Shown in pieces: positions 55,577 through 64,000 of a stretch of DNA of 64,000 nt (its first letter is position 1; every line of letters starts with the position of its first letter). Made by a program: the position numbers and the translations under genes. The DNA is taken from NCBI GenBank assembly GCA_934184665.1, contig CAKPSX010000004.1:728-64727 (forward strand), in the 5' to 3' direction. Origin of the DNA: an uncultured Clostridia bacterium. Lineage in GTDB: Bacteria; Bacillota; Clostridia; TANB77; CAG-508. The notes beneath the pieces were generated by a model. It worked only from the letters and a program-made list of their open reading frames with translations, had not been told where the DNA came from and made no database searches.

Positions 55577-57988
55577 CTATTTAACAACTATATTATAAAT
55601 TTTATTTTTAATATATATTTCTTTAACAATAGATTTTCCATCTAATTTATCTTCAATAGCTTCATGCACCTTATTTTTAACAGAAGTTTCTTCTTCATCA
55701 AGATTAATCATTATAGTTGCTTTTAATTTACCATTAACTTGAATAGGTATTTCGATTTCATCATCAATAGTTTTATCTTCATCATATTCAGGCCAGCTAT
55801 ATGTAGAAATATCTTTATCAAAACCTACAACAGAGTTTAATTCTTCTGTAATATGAGGAGCAAATGGGTTTAATAATGTAATAAATGTTTTAAATTCTGC
55901 TCTATTTATATGTTTTAATCTTGTAAATTCATTTATCATTGTCATAAATGTAGAAATACAAGTATTAAATTTCATATCTTCAATATCTTTAGAAACTTTT
56001 TTGATAGCTTTGTGCATCATTTTCTCAAACTCTTGAGAATAAGTATCACCATCTACTAAAATATCTTGTAAATTCCATACTCTATCTAAGAATTTGAAAC
56101 ATCCTCTAATACTATCCATAGACCAACTTGCAGTTTGATCAAATGGCCCCATAAACATTTCATAAACTCTGAATGCATCTGCACCAAACTCATTTATTAT
56201 ATCATCAGGATTAATTACATTACCCTTTGACTTTGACATTTTTTCTCCATTTGAACCTAAAATCATACCATGTGAAGTACGTTTTGCATAAGGTTCTTTA
56301 GTTGGAACAACTCCAATATCATATAAAAATTTATGCCAGAATCTTGAATATAGTAAGTGTAGAGTTGTATGCTCCATACCGCCATTATACCAGTCAACTG
56401 GACTCCAATATTTTAGAGCTTCTTTAGAAGCTAAAGCTTCATCATTATGTGGATCCATATATCTTAAGAAATACCAAGATGAACCAGCCCATTGAGGCAT
56501 TGTATCAGTTTCGCGTTTTGCTGGTTTACCACAATGAGGACAAGTTGTATTTATCCATTCAGTATGTCTCGCAAGTGGAGATTCTCCATTTTCACCTGGT
56601 AAAAAGTCTTCAACTTCTGGAAGTGTAAGTGGTAAATCTTTTTCATCAACTGGAACCCAACCACAATCTTCACAATAAACCATTGGAATTGGCTCGCCCC
56701 AATATCTTTGACGTGAAAATACCCAATCACGAAGTTTATAATTTACTTTTTTAGTACCAATTTTATGTTCTTCAAGATATTTAGTAACTTTAACTTTTGC
56801 ATCTTTTGAAGGTAATCCAGTAATAAAACCAGAATTTACAGATTTTCCTGTTTCAACATCTGTAAATGGAAGTTCTACATCAGAACCATCAGCAGGCGCT
56901 ACAACTTGTATTATAGGTAAATTAAATTTTGTAGCAAACTCAAAATCTCTTTCATCATGTGCTGGAACTGCCATAATAGCACCAGTACCATATGATGATA
57001 AAACATAATCAGAAATCCAGATTGGAATTTCAGTATTAGTTAATGGATTTATTGCTTTTAACCCTTTTATTTCAACACCTGTTTTTTCTTTATTCATTTC
57101 TGAACGTTCAAAATCAGATTTTAATGATGCTTTATGTTTATATTCATTTATTTCATCAAGGTTTGTTATTTTATCTGCAAACTTTTCAATTAATTCATGT
57201 TCAGGTGCGATAACCATATATGTTGCACCAAATAAAGTATCAGGTCTAGTTGTATAAACAACTAATTCTTCATCACTATTTGCAATTTTAAATTTTACTT
57301 CAGCACCTTCGCTACGACCAATCCAATTACGTTGTTGAGTTTTAATTTTTTCTAGAAAATCAACATCATCTAAATCATCAATCAATCTTTGAGCATATTC
57401 TGTTATTTTTAACATCCATTGTGATTTTTCTTTTTGAACAACTGGACTACCACATCTTTCACAAACACCATTAACAACTTCTTCATTTGCTAAACCAACT
57501 TTGCAACCAGTACAGAAGTTTATTGGCATTGTAGCTTTATAAGCTAAACCATGTTTATATAATTGAATAAATATCCATTGAGTCCATTTATAATATTTTG
57601 GGTCTGTTGTATCAATTACTCTTGACCAGTCAAATGAAAAACCTACAGATTTTAACTGTTCTGTAAAATGAGCAATATTTTTTGCTGTTGTGATTTTTGG
57701 ATGTACATTAGTTTTTATTGCATAATTTTCTGCAGGTAAACCAAATGCATCAAAACCTATAGGGAATAATACATTATATCCTTGTAATCTTCTTTTTCTT
57801 GCAATTACATCAAGTGCTGTATAACTACGAGGATGACCAACATGTAATCCTTGACCAGATGGATAAGGGAATTCTATTAACCCATACCATTTTTTTGGAT
57901 TTGTGTAGTTATTACTTGCATTAAATGTTCCTTCTTTTAGCCATTTGTCTTGCCATTTTTTTTCTATTTCTTTAAAATTATAAGCCAT
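55577..57988 (-). CDS. leuS: Leucine--tRNA ligase
   Basis: HVGHPRSY (HIGH), KMSKSKGN (KMSKS) and a CP1 editing domain. Size is 803 aa. Confidence 0.95.
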   Translation of the reverse strand: MAYNFKEIEKKWQDKWLKEGTFNASNNYTNPKKWYGLIEFPYPSGQGLHVGHPRSYTALDVIARKRRLQGYNVLFPIGFDAFGLPAENYAIKTNVHPKITTAKNIAHFTEQLKSVGFSFDWSRVIDTTDPKYYKWTQWIFIQLYKHGLAYKATMPINFCTGCKVGLANEEVVNGVCERCGSPVVQKEKSQWMLKITEYAQRLIDDLDDVDFLEKIKTQQRNWIGRSEGAEVKFKIANSDEELVVYTTRPDTLFGATYMVIAPEHELIEKFADKITNLDEINEYKHKASLKSDFERSEMNKEKTGVEIKGLKAINPLTNTEIPIWISDYVLSSYGTGAIMAVPAHDERDFEFATKFNLPIIQVVAPADGSDVELPFTDVETGKSVNSGFITGLPSKDAKVKVTKYLEEHKIGTKKVNYKLRDWVFSRQRYWGEPIPMVYCEDCGWVPVDEKDLPLTLPEVEDFLPGENGESPLARHTEWINTTCPHCGKPAKRETDTMPQWAGSSWYFLRYMDPHNDEALASKEALKYWSPVDWYNGGMEHTTLHLLYSRFWHKFLYDIGVVPTKEPYAKRTSHGMILGSNGEKMSKSKGNVINPDDIINEFGADAFRVYEMFMGPFDQTASWSMDSIRGCFKFLDRVWNLQDILVDGDTYSQEFEKMMHKAIKKVSKDIEDMKFNTCISTFMTMINEFTRLKHINRAEFKTFITLLNPFAPHITEELNSVVGFDKDISTYSWPEYDEDKTIDDEIEIPIQVNGKLKATIMINLDEEETSVKNKVHEAIEDKLDGKSIVKEIYIKNKIYNIVVK

Positions 57989-58024
57989 GTTAAATCTCCT
58001 CCTAAATATAATTTTTACATATCA

Positions 58025-58053
58025 ATTATACTAGCAAAATAGCCAAAAGTCAA
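58025..58053 (-). promoter_or_regulatory. Promoter of leuS
   Basis: On the minus strand: TTGACT, a 17-nt spacer, then TATAAT. The short leader contains no T-box sequence. Confidence 0.55.
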
Positions 58054-58239
58054 TGAAATGGTAAACCAATAATGGAAAAATCCTTAAGTACAATCCACTA
58101 GATACCTAAAATTGTGGAGACATATCACAAAAACCTTATAAAAATGTAATAAAAGCACATTGAATCCTAAAAAAAAATATGATAGACTATACAAAAGTAA
58201 AAAATATGAAATAAAATAATAAAAGGAATACAATATAAA

Positions 58240-60198
58240 ATGGGAAAAAAGCTAATAATAACAGAAAAGCCTTCAGTAGCAATGGAGTTCGCGAAAGTAC
58301 TAAAAATAAATGCAAATAGAAAAAATGGATATATAGAATCAAATGACTGGATAATAACATGGTGCGTAGGACATCTTGTAACAATGAGTTATCCAGAGGT
58401 TTATGATGAAAAAATGAAATTCTGGAGATTAGACACATTACCATTTATACCAAAAGAATGGAAATATGAAATAATACCACAAGTGAAAAATCAGTTTGAA
58501 ATAGTAAAAACATTATTACAAAGAGAAGATGTAGAAGAAATATATAATGCAGGTGACTCTGGAAGAGAAGGAGAATATATACAAAGACTTGTATTTATGA
58601 TGGCAAAACCAAATGCAAATGCTGTGATGAAAAGGGTATGGATAGATTCACAAACAGAAGAGGAAATAAAAAGAGGAATAAGAGAGGCTAAGCCACTTAG
58701 TGAGTATGATAGTTTATCAGATTCAGCATATTTAAGAGCAAAAGAAGACTATCTTATTGGAATAAATTTTTCAAGATTATTATCAATAATATATGGAAGA
58801 AAAGTTGCAACACAAATAAATGAGGAAAGAGCTTCTATATCAGTTGGTAGAGTAATGACTTGTGTGTTAGGAATGGTAGTATCAAGAGAAAGAGAAATTC
58901 GAAATTTTGTAAAAACAAAATATTATAAAATAATTGGGGAATTTAAGGGTGAAGAAAATTCATTTAAGGCAGAATGGAAAGTAAATGAAAAATCAAAAAT
59001 GTATGAATCAAATAAACTCTATAATGAAAGTGGATTCAAAAAAGAAGAAGATGCAAAAGAATTTATAGAAAGTTTAAAAGGTAAAACAGCTAAAATAACA
59101 GAATTAAAGAAATCAAAACAAAAGGAAAATGCACCACTGTTATTTAATTTAGCGGAAATACAAAATGAGTGTACAAAAAGATTCAAAATTAAGCCAGACG
59201 AAACATTAGAAATAATACAAAACTTATATGAAAAAAAACTTGTAACATATCCAAGAACAGATGCAAGAGTTTTATCAAGTGCTGTGGCAAAAGAAATATC
59301 TAAAAACTTGAATGGACTTGTAAAAGGATATAGAAATGAAGAGACACAAAGGCTTTTAAAAAAGATGATTGATGAAAATTATTCAACAAACTTGGTAAAA
59401 ACAAAGTATGTAAATGACAGCAAAATCACTGACCATTACGCAATAATACCAACAGGTCAGGGGTATGACAATTTTGAAAAATTACCAGATTTACAAAAGA
59501 AAGTTTATGATGTAATAGTAAAAAGATTTATAGCTATATTTTATCCACCAGCAGAATATAGCAAAATATCAGTAACAGTAAATATTGAAGAAGAAACATT
59601 TAACTGTAGTGGAAAGGTATGTATAAATAGAGGTTATTTAGAAGTACTAAAGCCTAAAAAGACAGAAAAGAAATCCACAAAAGAAGAACAAGATGTGGAA
59701 GGACAACGCAAAAATGATGATGAAAGCGAAAGTGATTTAGAAGTATTGAAAAATCTAAAAAAGGGGCAAGAATTACAGGTGGAAAATTTTGAACTAAAAG
59801 ATGCGGAAACATCACCACCTTCAAGATATAATTCAGGCTCAATAATACTAGCAATGGAAAATGCGGGAAAATTAATTGAAGAAGAAGAACTAAGAGAACA
59901 AATAAAAGGAGCAGGAATAGGAACAAGTGCTACAAGAGGAGAAATAATAAAAAAACTTGAGAAAATAAAATATATAGATATAAATGGTAAAACACAAATA
60001 GTAACACCTACTAAAAAAGGAGAAGTAATATATGATGTTGTTAAATATTCTATGCCAGACATGCTAAACCCTAAACTTACCGCAAGCTGGGAAAAAGGCT
60101 TAGATATGGTTGCAAAAAAAGAAATCAAGCCAGATGAATTTATGATTAAACTAGAAAAATATATTAATTCTAAATTTAATAGATTAGTAGTAAAATAG
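58240..60198 (+). CDS. topB: DNA topoisomerase III (type IA)
   Basis: TOPRIM domain (LIITEKPSVA, AGDSGREGEYI) and the active-site Tyr in LVTYPRTDARV. Confidence 0.9.
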   Translation: MGKKLIITEKPSVAMEFAKVLKINANRKNGYIESNDWIITWCVGHLVTMSYPEVYDEKMKFWRLDTLPFIPKEWKYEIIPQVKNQFEIVKTLLQREDVEEIYNAGDSGREGEYIQRLVFMMAKPNANAVMKRVWIDSQTEEEIKRGIREAKPLSEYDSLSDSAYLRAKEDYLIGINFSRLLSIIYGRKVATQINEERASISVGRVMTCVLGMVVSREREIRNFVKTKYYKIIGEFKGEENSFKAEWKVNEKSKMYESNKLYNESGFKKEEDAKEFIESLKGKTAKITELKKSKQKENAPLLFNLAEIQNECTKRFKIKPDETLEIIQNLYEKKLVTYPRTDARVLSSAVAKEISKNLNGLVKGYRNEETQRLLKKMIDENYSTNLVKTKYVNDSKITDHYAIIPTGQGYDNFEKLPDLQKKVYDVIVKRFIAIFYPPAEYSKISVTVNIEEETFNCSGKVCINRGYLEVLKPKKTEKKSTKEEQDVEGQRKNDDESESDLEVLKNLKKGQELQVENFELKDAETSPPSRYNSGSIILAMENAGKLIEEEELREQIKGAGIGTSATRGEIIKKLEKIKYIDINGKTQIVTPTKKGEVIYDVVKYSMPDMLNPKLTASWEKGLDMVAKKEIKPDEFMIKLEKYINSKFNRLVVK

Positions 60199-60203
60199 AT
60201 TAG

Positions 60204-60239
60204 AAAAAATAAAACCCACCCAGTAAAAAACTGGGTGGG
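60204..60239 (-). terminator. GC-rich Rho-independent terminator oriented for the minus-strand orphan gene
   Basis: The minus strand reads cccacccag-ttttttа-ctgggtggg followed by ttttatttttt, i.e. stem 60215-60223 / 60231-60239. The plus strand has no T-run after the stem. Confidence 0.75.
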
Positions 60240-60248
60240 AGAAAGGAC

Positions 60249-60572
60249 TCATCTGATGATGAGGAATGGATCCCTAGCAGGAACCTTATGCACGACTCTC
60301 ATACCTTTTGTAAAGGTAGATTTAGTGAACCGTACTGTACCGTCCTTTGTGAGGACGATTTCCTGTTCACCAACTTCAGGGAATGCATGATGCTTCATTC
60401 TGAAGCTTCTGAAGCTTTGGCTGAACTGATGGATAACACAGCAGCCGAGTTGGAGGTATCTCTCCTCGATGAAGTCAGTGAAACTTTTCAACTCCTGAGA
60501 GGTGAAGCGCCTTCTGGGCCACAGGTACTGGCAGAACAATTCTGCTACTTCGTTGTTGAAACGTAATGCCAT
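60249..60572 (-). CDS. Hypothetical protein, 107 aa, compositionally foreign
   Basis: GC is about 40-50% per line against about 25% in the flanks, with a C/G-ending codon preference (TTC, AAC, CTG, CTC, ATC). It has an RBS (AAAGGA), its own promoter and its own terminator on the minus strand. I recognise no family. Confidence 0.55.
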   Translation of the reverse strand: MALRFNNEVAELFCQYLWPRRRFTSQELKSFTDFIEERYLQLGCCVIHQFSQSFRSFRMKHHAFPEVGEQEIVLTKDGTVRFTKSTFTKGMRVVHKVPARDPFLIIR

Positions 60573-60656
60573 AAGGTGTACATCCTTTCTGTTTTTTCTT
60601 CAATATTATTGAAGAAATTGTAATAATATGTTATGCACAAAGCATACCATACAATT

Positions 60657-60685
60657 ATTATACAATAATTGACATAAATAGTCAA
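60657..60685 (-). promoter_or_regulatory. Consensus-like promoter of the 107-aa orphan gene
   Basis: On the minus strand: TTGACT, a 17-nt spacer, then TATAAT. Confidence 0.55.
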
Positions 60686-60694
60686 TTAAAATTG

Positions 60695-60723
60695 TTGCAA
60701 ATTATTGATGAAAGTGATATAAT
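60695..60723 (+). promoter_or_regulatory. Promoter of mfd
   Basis: TTGCAA, a 17-nt spacer, then TATAAT. It is divergent from, and back-to-back with, the orphan-gene promoter. Confidence 0.5.
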
Positions 60724-60812
60724 AGGTGACAGTTCATGGGTTTAGAACAAATAAAGTTCTAAAATATTAGACATAATAATTAAAAATTAACTATCAAAAA
60801 AGGAATAAGAAA

Positions 60813-63800
60813 ATGAATACAATAGTAGGAGAGTTAGGGAAGAATCCCAAGTTTTGTGAATATATAAAAAATATAGAAAATAAAATAAGTCCGATAGCAA
60901 TATCGGGCTTAACAAGCGTTGGAATGACGCATATGATTGCAGGTACAAAAGAATTCTCTAAAAAACCAATATGTATAATAACATATAATGAAGTTCAGGC
61001 AAAAAGAATAGTAGAAGACTTAAAAAACTTTACAGATAAAGTGTTATTTTTTCCTAAAAAAGAAATAGTAACATATGATTATGTTGCAGAAAGTAAAGAA
61101 CTTCCATATGAAAGAATTGAAGTTTTAAATAGATTGTATGAAAATAAAAATATTATATTAGTAACAACGATAGAAGCAGTAATGCAAAAAATAGTAAATA
61201 AAAAAGCATTATATAAAAATGTATTAAACTTTAAAATAGGTGAGCAATGCCAATTAGAAGATGTAAAACAAAAACTCGTAAATCTTGGATATGTTAGATA
61301 TGATTTAATTGATGGAAGAGGCCAATTCAGTGTTAGAGGCGGAATCGTTGATATATCAATTACAGAGAAAACTGGTGTAAGAGTAGAATTTTGGGGAGAT
61401 GAAATAGACTCAATAAGATATTTCAATATTGTTAGTCAAAGGTCAACAGAAAATATAAATGACATAACGATATATCCTTCACATGAATATATATTAGAAG
61501 AAAATGAGCAGACTGTAATAAATAATATAAGAAATACACAATATCCAGCACAATTAGAAAAACAAGTTGAACAAGATATTGAAATTATAAAAGCAGGTAA
61601 TTATATAAGTAAAATAGACAAATATATGAATTGTTTTTATGATAAACAAGAAACAATATTAGAATATTTAAATGATAAATTTTTGGTAGTTCTTGATGAG
61701 ATAAACAAAATTGAACAAAGAATGGAAAATGTAAATAGAGATTGTCAAAATGTAATGCAACTTCTAACGGAAAAAGAAAAAATTGTTCCAGATGCGTTAA
61801 AAAATTTATTAGGATATAATGAATTTCAAGAACAACTTGAGAAAAAACAATTAATATATGTTGATAAATTTGATGACCAATTAAAAATAGAAGCGGAAAA
61901 ATATAAATGGAATTATAAAGAGAAAAATTATTACAAAAGTGAAATTGAAATATTATTTAAAGAATTAAAACAAGCTCAAAAAGAAAAAAAGAAAATATAT
62001 ATTTTGGCAGAAACAAAGGAAAAAGCAAAAAAGATCTGTACATTATTAGATGAACAAGAAATAATAAATAAATATGAAGAAAAACTAAATCAAACAATAA
62101 TAGTAAAAAATACTGAAAGTATAGTAACAGTAAGTATTGGAAAATTGTCAGCAGGTTTTGAATGTTTTGAATTAAATGAATTAGTAATAACATCTCAAGA
62201 ATTGATTGAGGGAGAAAAAAGAAAAAAGTATAAAAGTACAGCATTTAAAGATGGTGAAAAAGTTGTATTTGCAGATTTAAAAGTAGGAGACTATGTTGTA
62301 CACAAAAACTATGGTATTGGAATATTCATTGGAGTTGATACAGTTACAGCGGATGGAACAACAAAAGATTATATAAAAGTAAAATATTTAGAAGATGACA
62401 TTTTATATGTACCTACAAACCAATTAGATGCAATAAGAAAATATATAGGTGGAGATGAAAATGGACTAAAAATAAATAAGCTAGGTAGTAAGGAATGGAT
62501 AAAAACAAAAGCAAAAGTTAAGAAAAATTTAAGAGAAGTTGCACAAGAATTAATTGAATTATATGCAAAAAGAGATAAAGCAAAAGGTTTTGCGTTTCCA
62601 ACAGATACACCTTGGCAAGAACAGTTTGAGGCAAGTTTCCCTTACCAAGAAACAGACGACCAACTTCGTTGTATAGATGAAGTAAAAGAAGATATGGAAT
62701 TAGACAAACCTATGGATAGATTATTATGCGGTGACGTTGGATATGGAAAAACGGAAATAGCAATAAGAGCAGCATTTAAAGCAGTAATGGGAGGAAAACA
62801 AGTAGCATATCTTGCACCAACAACGATTTTGGCTGAACAACAATATAAAGAATTCAAAACTAGAATGGAAGACTTTGGAGTTAAAGTCGAAGTCTTAAAT
62901 AGATTTAAAACACAAAAGCAACAAAAGGAAATTATAAAGAAAATCAATTTAGGAGAAATAGACATAATAGTTGGAACGCACAGAATCTTAAGTGATGATA
63001 TTCAATTCAAAGATTTAGGATTACTTATAATAGATGAGGAACACAGATTTGGAGTAAAAGCAAAAGAAAAGATTAAACAATATAAGACAAATATAGATGT
63101 ATTAACAATGACAGCAACACCAATTCCAAGAACATTGCATATGTCAGTAGTTGGAATAAGAGATATGTCAGTTATAAATGAACCACCATATAATAGAAAA
63201 CCAGTTCAAACTTATGTATTAGAATATGACCCAGAAGTTATAAAAGAAGCGATAACAAAAGAACTAGAAAGAAATGGGCAAGTATTTTATTTATTTAATA
63301 ATGTTGAGCAAATAATGCAAAAAGCAAATGAAATTTCAAAACTTGTGCCAGAAGCGAAAGTAACATATGCACATGGCAGAATGACAGGTCATGAAATTGA
63401 AGAAATAATGGAAGAATTTATCAATGGTGAAAGTAATGTATTAGTATGTACAACAATATTAGAATCAGGGATAGATATTTCAAATGCAAATACAATAATT
63501 GTAGAAAATGCTGATAGAATGGGATTGGCACAACTATATCAAATAAGAGGTAGAGTTGGTAGATCAGATAGACAGGGTTATGCATATATCACATATAAAA
63601 GAGACAAACTATTATCAGAAGTCGCAGATAAAAGATTAAAAGCAATAAAAGAATTTACAGAGTTTGGCTCAGGATTTAAAATTGCTATGAGAGACTTAGA
63701 AATCAGAGGAGCAGGAAGCTTATTGGGAGAAATTCAACATGGGCATTTAGAACAAGTTGGTTATGACACATATTGTAATTTATTAGATGAAGTTGTAAAA

Positions 63801-64000
63801 GAAATGAAAGGCATAAAAGTTGAAAAAGAAATAGATGTACAAATAGACTTAAATATTACAAGTTATATTCCAGACAGCTATATTCCAGATTCTAGTCAAA
63901 AAATAGAAATGTATCAAGATATTGCATTATGTAAAGATGAACAAGATATTCAAAATGTAATAGATGAAATGATAGACAGATTTGGAAATATGCCACCAGA
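60813..64000 (+). CDS. mfd: Transcription-repair coupling factor Mfd (3' end beyond window)
   Basis: The frame is open from the ATG at 60813 to the window end; it is absent from the ORF track because there is no stop. Motifs are GDYVVHKNYGIG, FPYQETDDQLRCI, LLCGDVGYGKTE (Walker A), IIDEEHRFG (DEEH) and QLYQIRGRVGRS. Confidence 0.95.
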   Translation, partial: MNTIVGELGKNPKFCEYIKNIENKISPIAISGLTSVGMTHMIAGTKEFSKKPICIITYNEVQAKRIVEDLKNFTDKVLFFPKKEIVTYDYVAESKELPYERIEVLNRLYENKNIILVTTIEAVMQKIVNKKALYKNVLNFKIGEQCQLEDVKQKLVNLGYVRYDLIDGRGQFSVRGGIVDISITEKTGVRVEFWGDEIDSIRYFNIVSQRSTENINDITIYPSHEYILEENEQTVINNIRNTQYPAQLEKQVEQDIEIIKAGNYISKIDKYMNCFYDKQETILEYLNDKFLVVLDEINKIEQRMENVNRDCQNVMQLLTEKEKIVPDALKNLLGYNEFQEQLEKKQLIYVDKFDDQLKIEAEKYKWNYKEKNYYKSEIEILFKELKQAQKEKKKIYILAETKEKAKKICTLLDEQEIINKYEEKLNQTIIVKNTESIVTVSIGKLSAGFECFELNELVITSQELIEGEKRKKYKSTAFKDGEKVVFADLKVGDYVVHKNYGIGIFIGVDTVTADGTTKDYIKVKYLEDDILYVPTNQLDAIRKYIGGDENGLKINKLGSKEWIKTKAKVKKNLREVAQELIELYAKRDKAKGFAFPTDTPWQEQFEASFPYQETDDQLRCIDEVKEDMELDKPMDRLLCGDVGYGKTEIAIRAAFKAVMGGKQVAYLAPTTILAEQQYKEFKTRMEDFGVKVEVLNRFKTQKQQKEIIKKINLGEIDIIVGTHRILSDDIQFKDLGLLIIDEEHRFGVKAKEKIKQYKTNIDVLTMTATPIPRTLHMSVVGIRDMSVINEPPYNRKPVQTYVLEYDPEVIKEAITKELERNGQVFYLFNNVEQIMQKANEISKLVPEAKVTYAHGRMTGHEIEEIMEEFINGESNVLVCTTILESGIDISNANTIIVENADRMGLAQLYQIRGRVGRSDRQGYAYITYKRDKLLSEVADKRLKAIKEFTEFGSGFKIAMRDLEIRGAGSLLGEIQHGHLEQVGYDTYCNLLDEVVKEMKGIKVEKEIDVQIDLNITSYIPDSYIPDSSQKIEMYQDIALCKDEQDIQNVIDEMIDRFGNMPP

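Noticed and set aside
58240-60198. Whether topB marks a conjugative or mobile element, since type IA topoisomerases are often ICE or plasmid cargo.
   Set aside because: I see no relaxase, T4SS, integrase or repeat boundaries nearby. Composition is host-like, so it is treated as chromosomal topB.
60288-60566. 92-aa plus-strand ORF inside the GC-rich island.
   Set aside because: It has no RBS or promoter on the plus strand. The promoter, RBS and terminator T-run all fit the minus-strand 107-aa ORF. Open frames on both strands are expected in GC-richer DNA.

Overview
This 64-kb window comes from a very AT-rich Firmicutes/Clostridia-type chromosome. Hand counts give about 25% GC per 60-nt line in ordinary genes. 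I call about 50 protein genes, 3 tRNAs and one Phe T-box leader. I saw no rRNA, CRISPR array, IS element, integrase or transposase.

The backbone is housekeeping and mostly on the + strand: tatD, family-4 UDG, a gltD-like oxidoreductase, rluD, rluB, cmk, tex, pflB-pflA, frr-uppS-cdsA-rseP, aspS, T-box-pheS-pheT, ylxM-ffh-rpsP-KH-rimM-trmD-rplS, ogg, leuS (-), topB and mfd.

Unusual content:
1. Two single-gene insertions have CDSs at about 40-50% GC and use a different codon dialect: 26563-27576 (337 aa, +) and 60249-60572 (107 aa, -). Each has a host-like promoter, a palindromic element and a GC-rich hairpin terminator. I recognise no protein family and no mobility genes. These are the best candidates here for something undescribed.
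2. A stand-alone 7.46-kb NRPS gene has C-A-T-C-A-T-R architecture, predicting a reductively released N-acyl dipeptide aldehyde type product. It lies next to a 7TM sensor kinase.
3. A divergent HExxH-peptidase / XRE-repressor pair carries 11-bp-phased operator boxes and a roughly 40-bp iteron-like repeat array.
4. htrA is broken by a 1-nt frameshift exactly in the catalytic GNSGGPL motif.
5. A prepilin-like/FGE-like 608-aa protein and a COG1067 Lon-like protease sit directly after rplS.
6. Ribosomal protein L19 carries an acidic tail of about 70 aa.
7. Two orphan promoter-to-terminator units are candidate sRNAs.

All calls come from reading motifs and signals by eye. No database search was possible.
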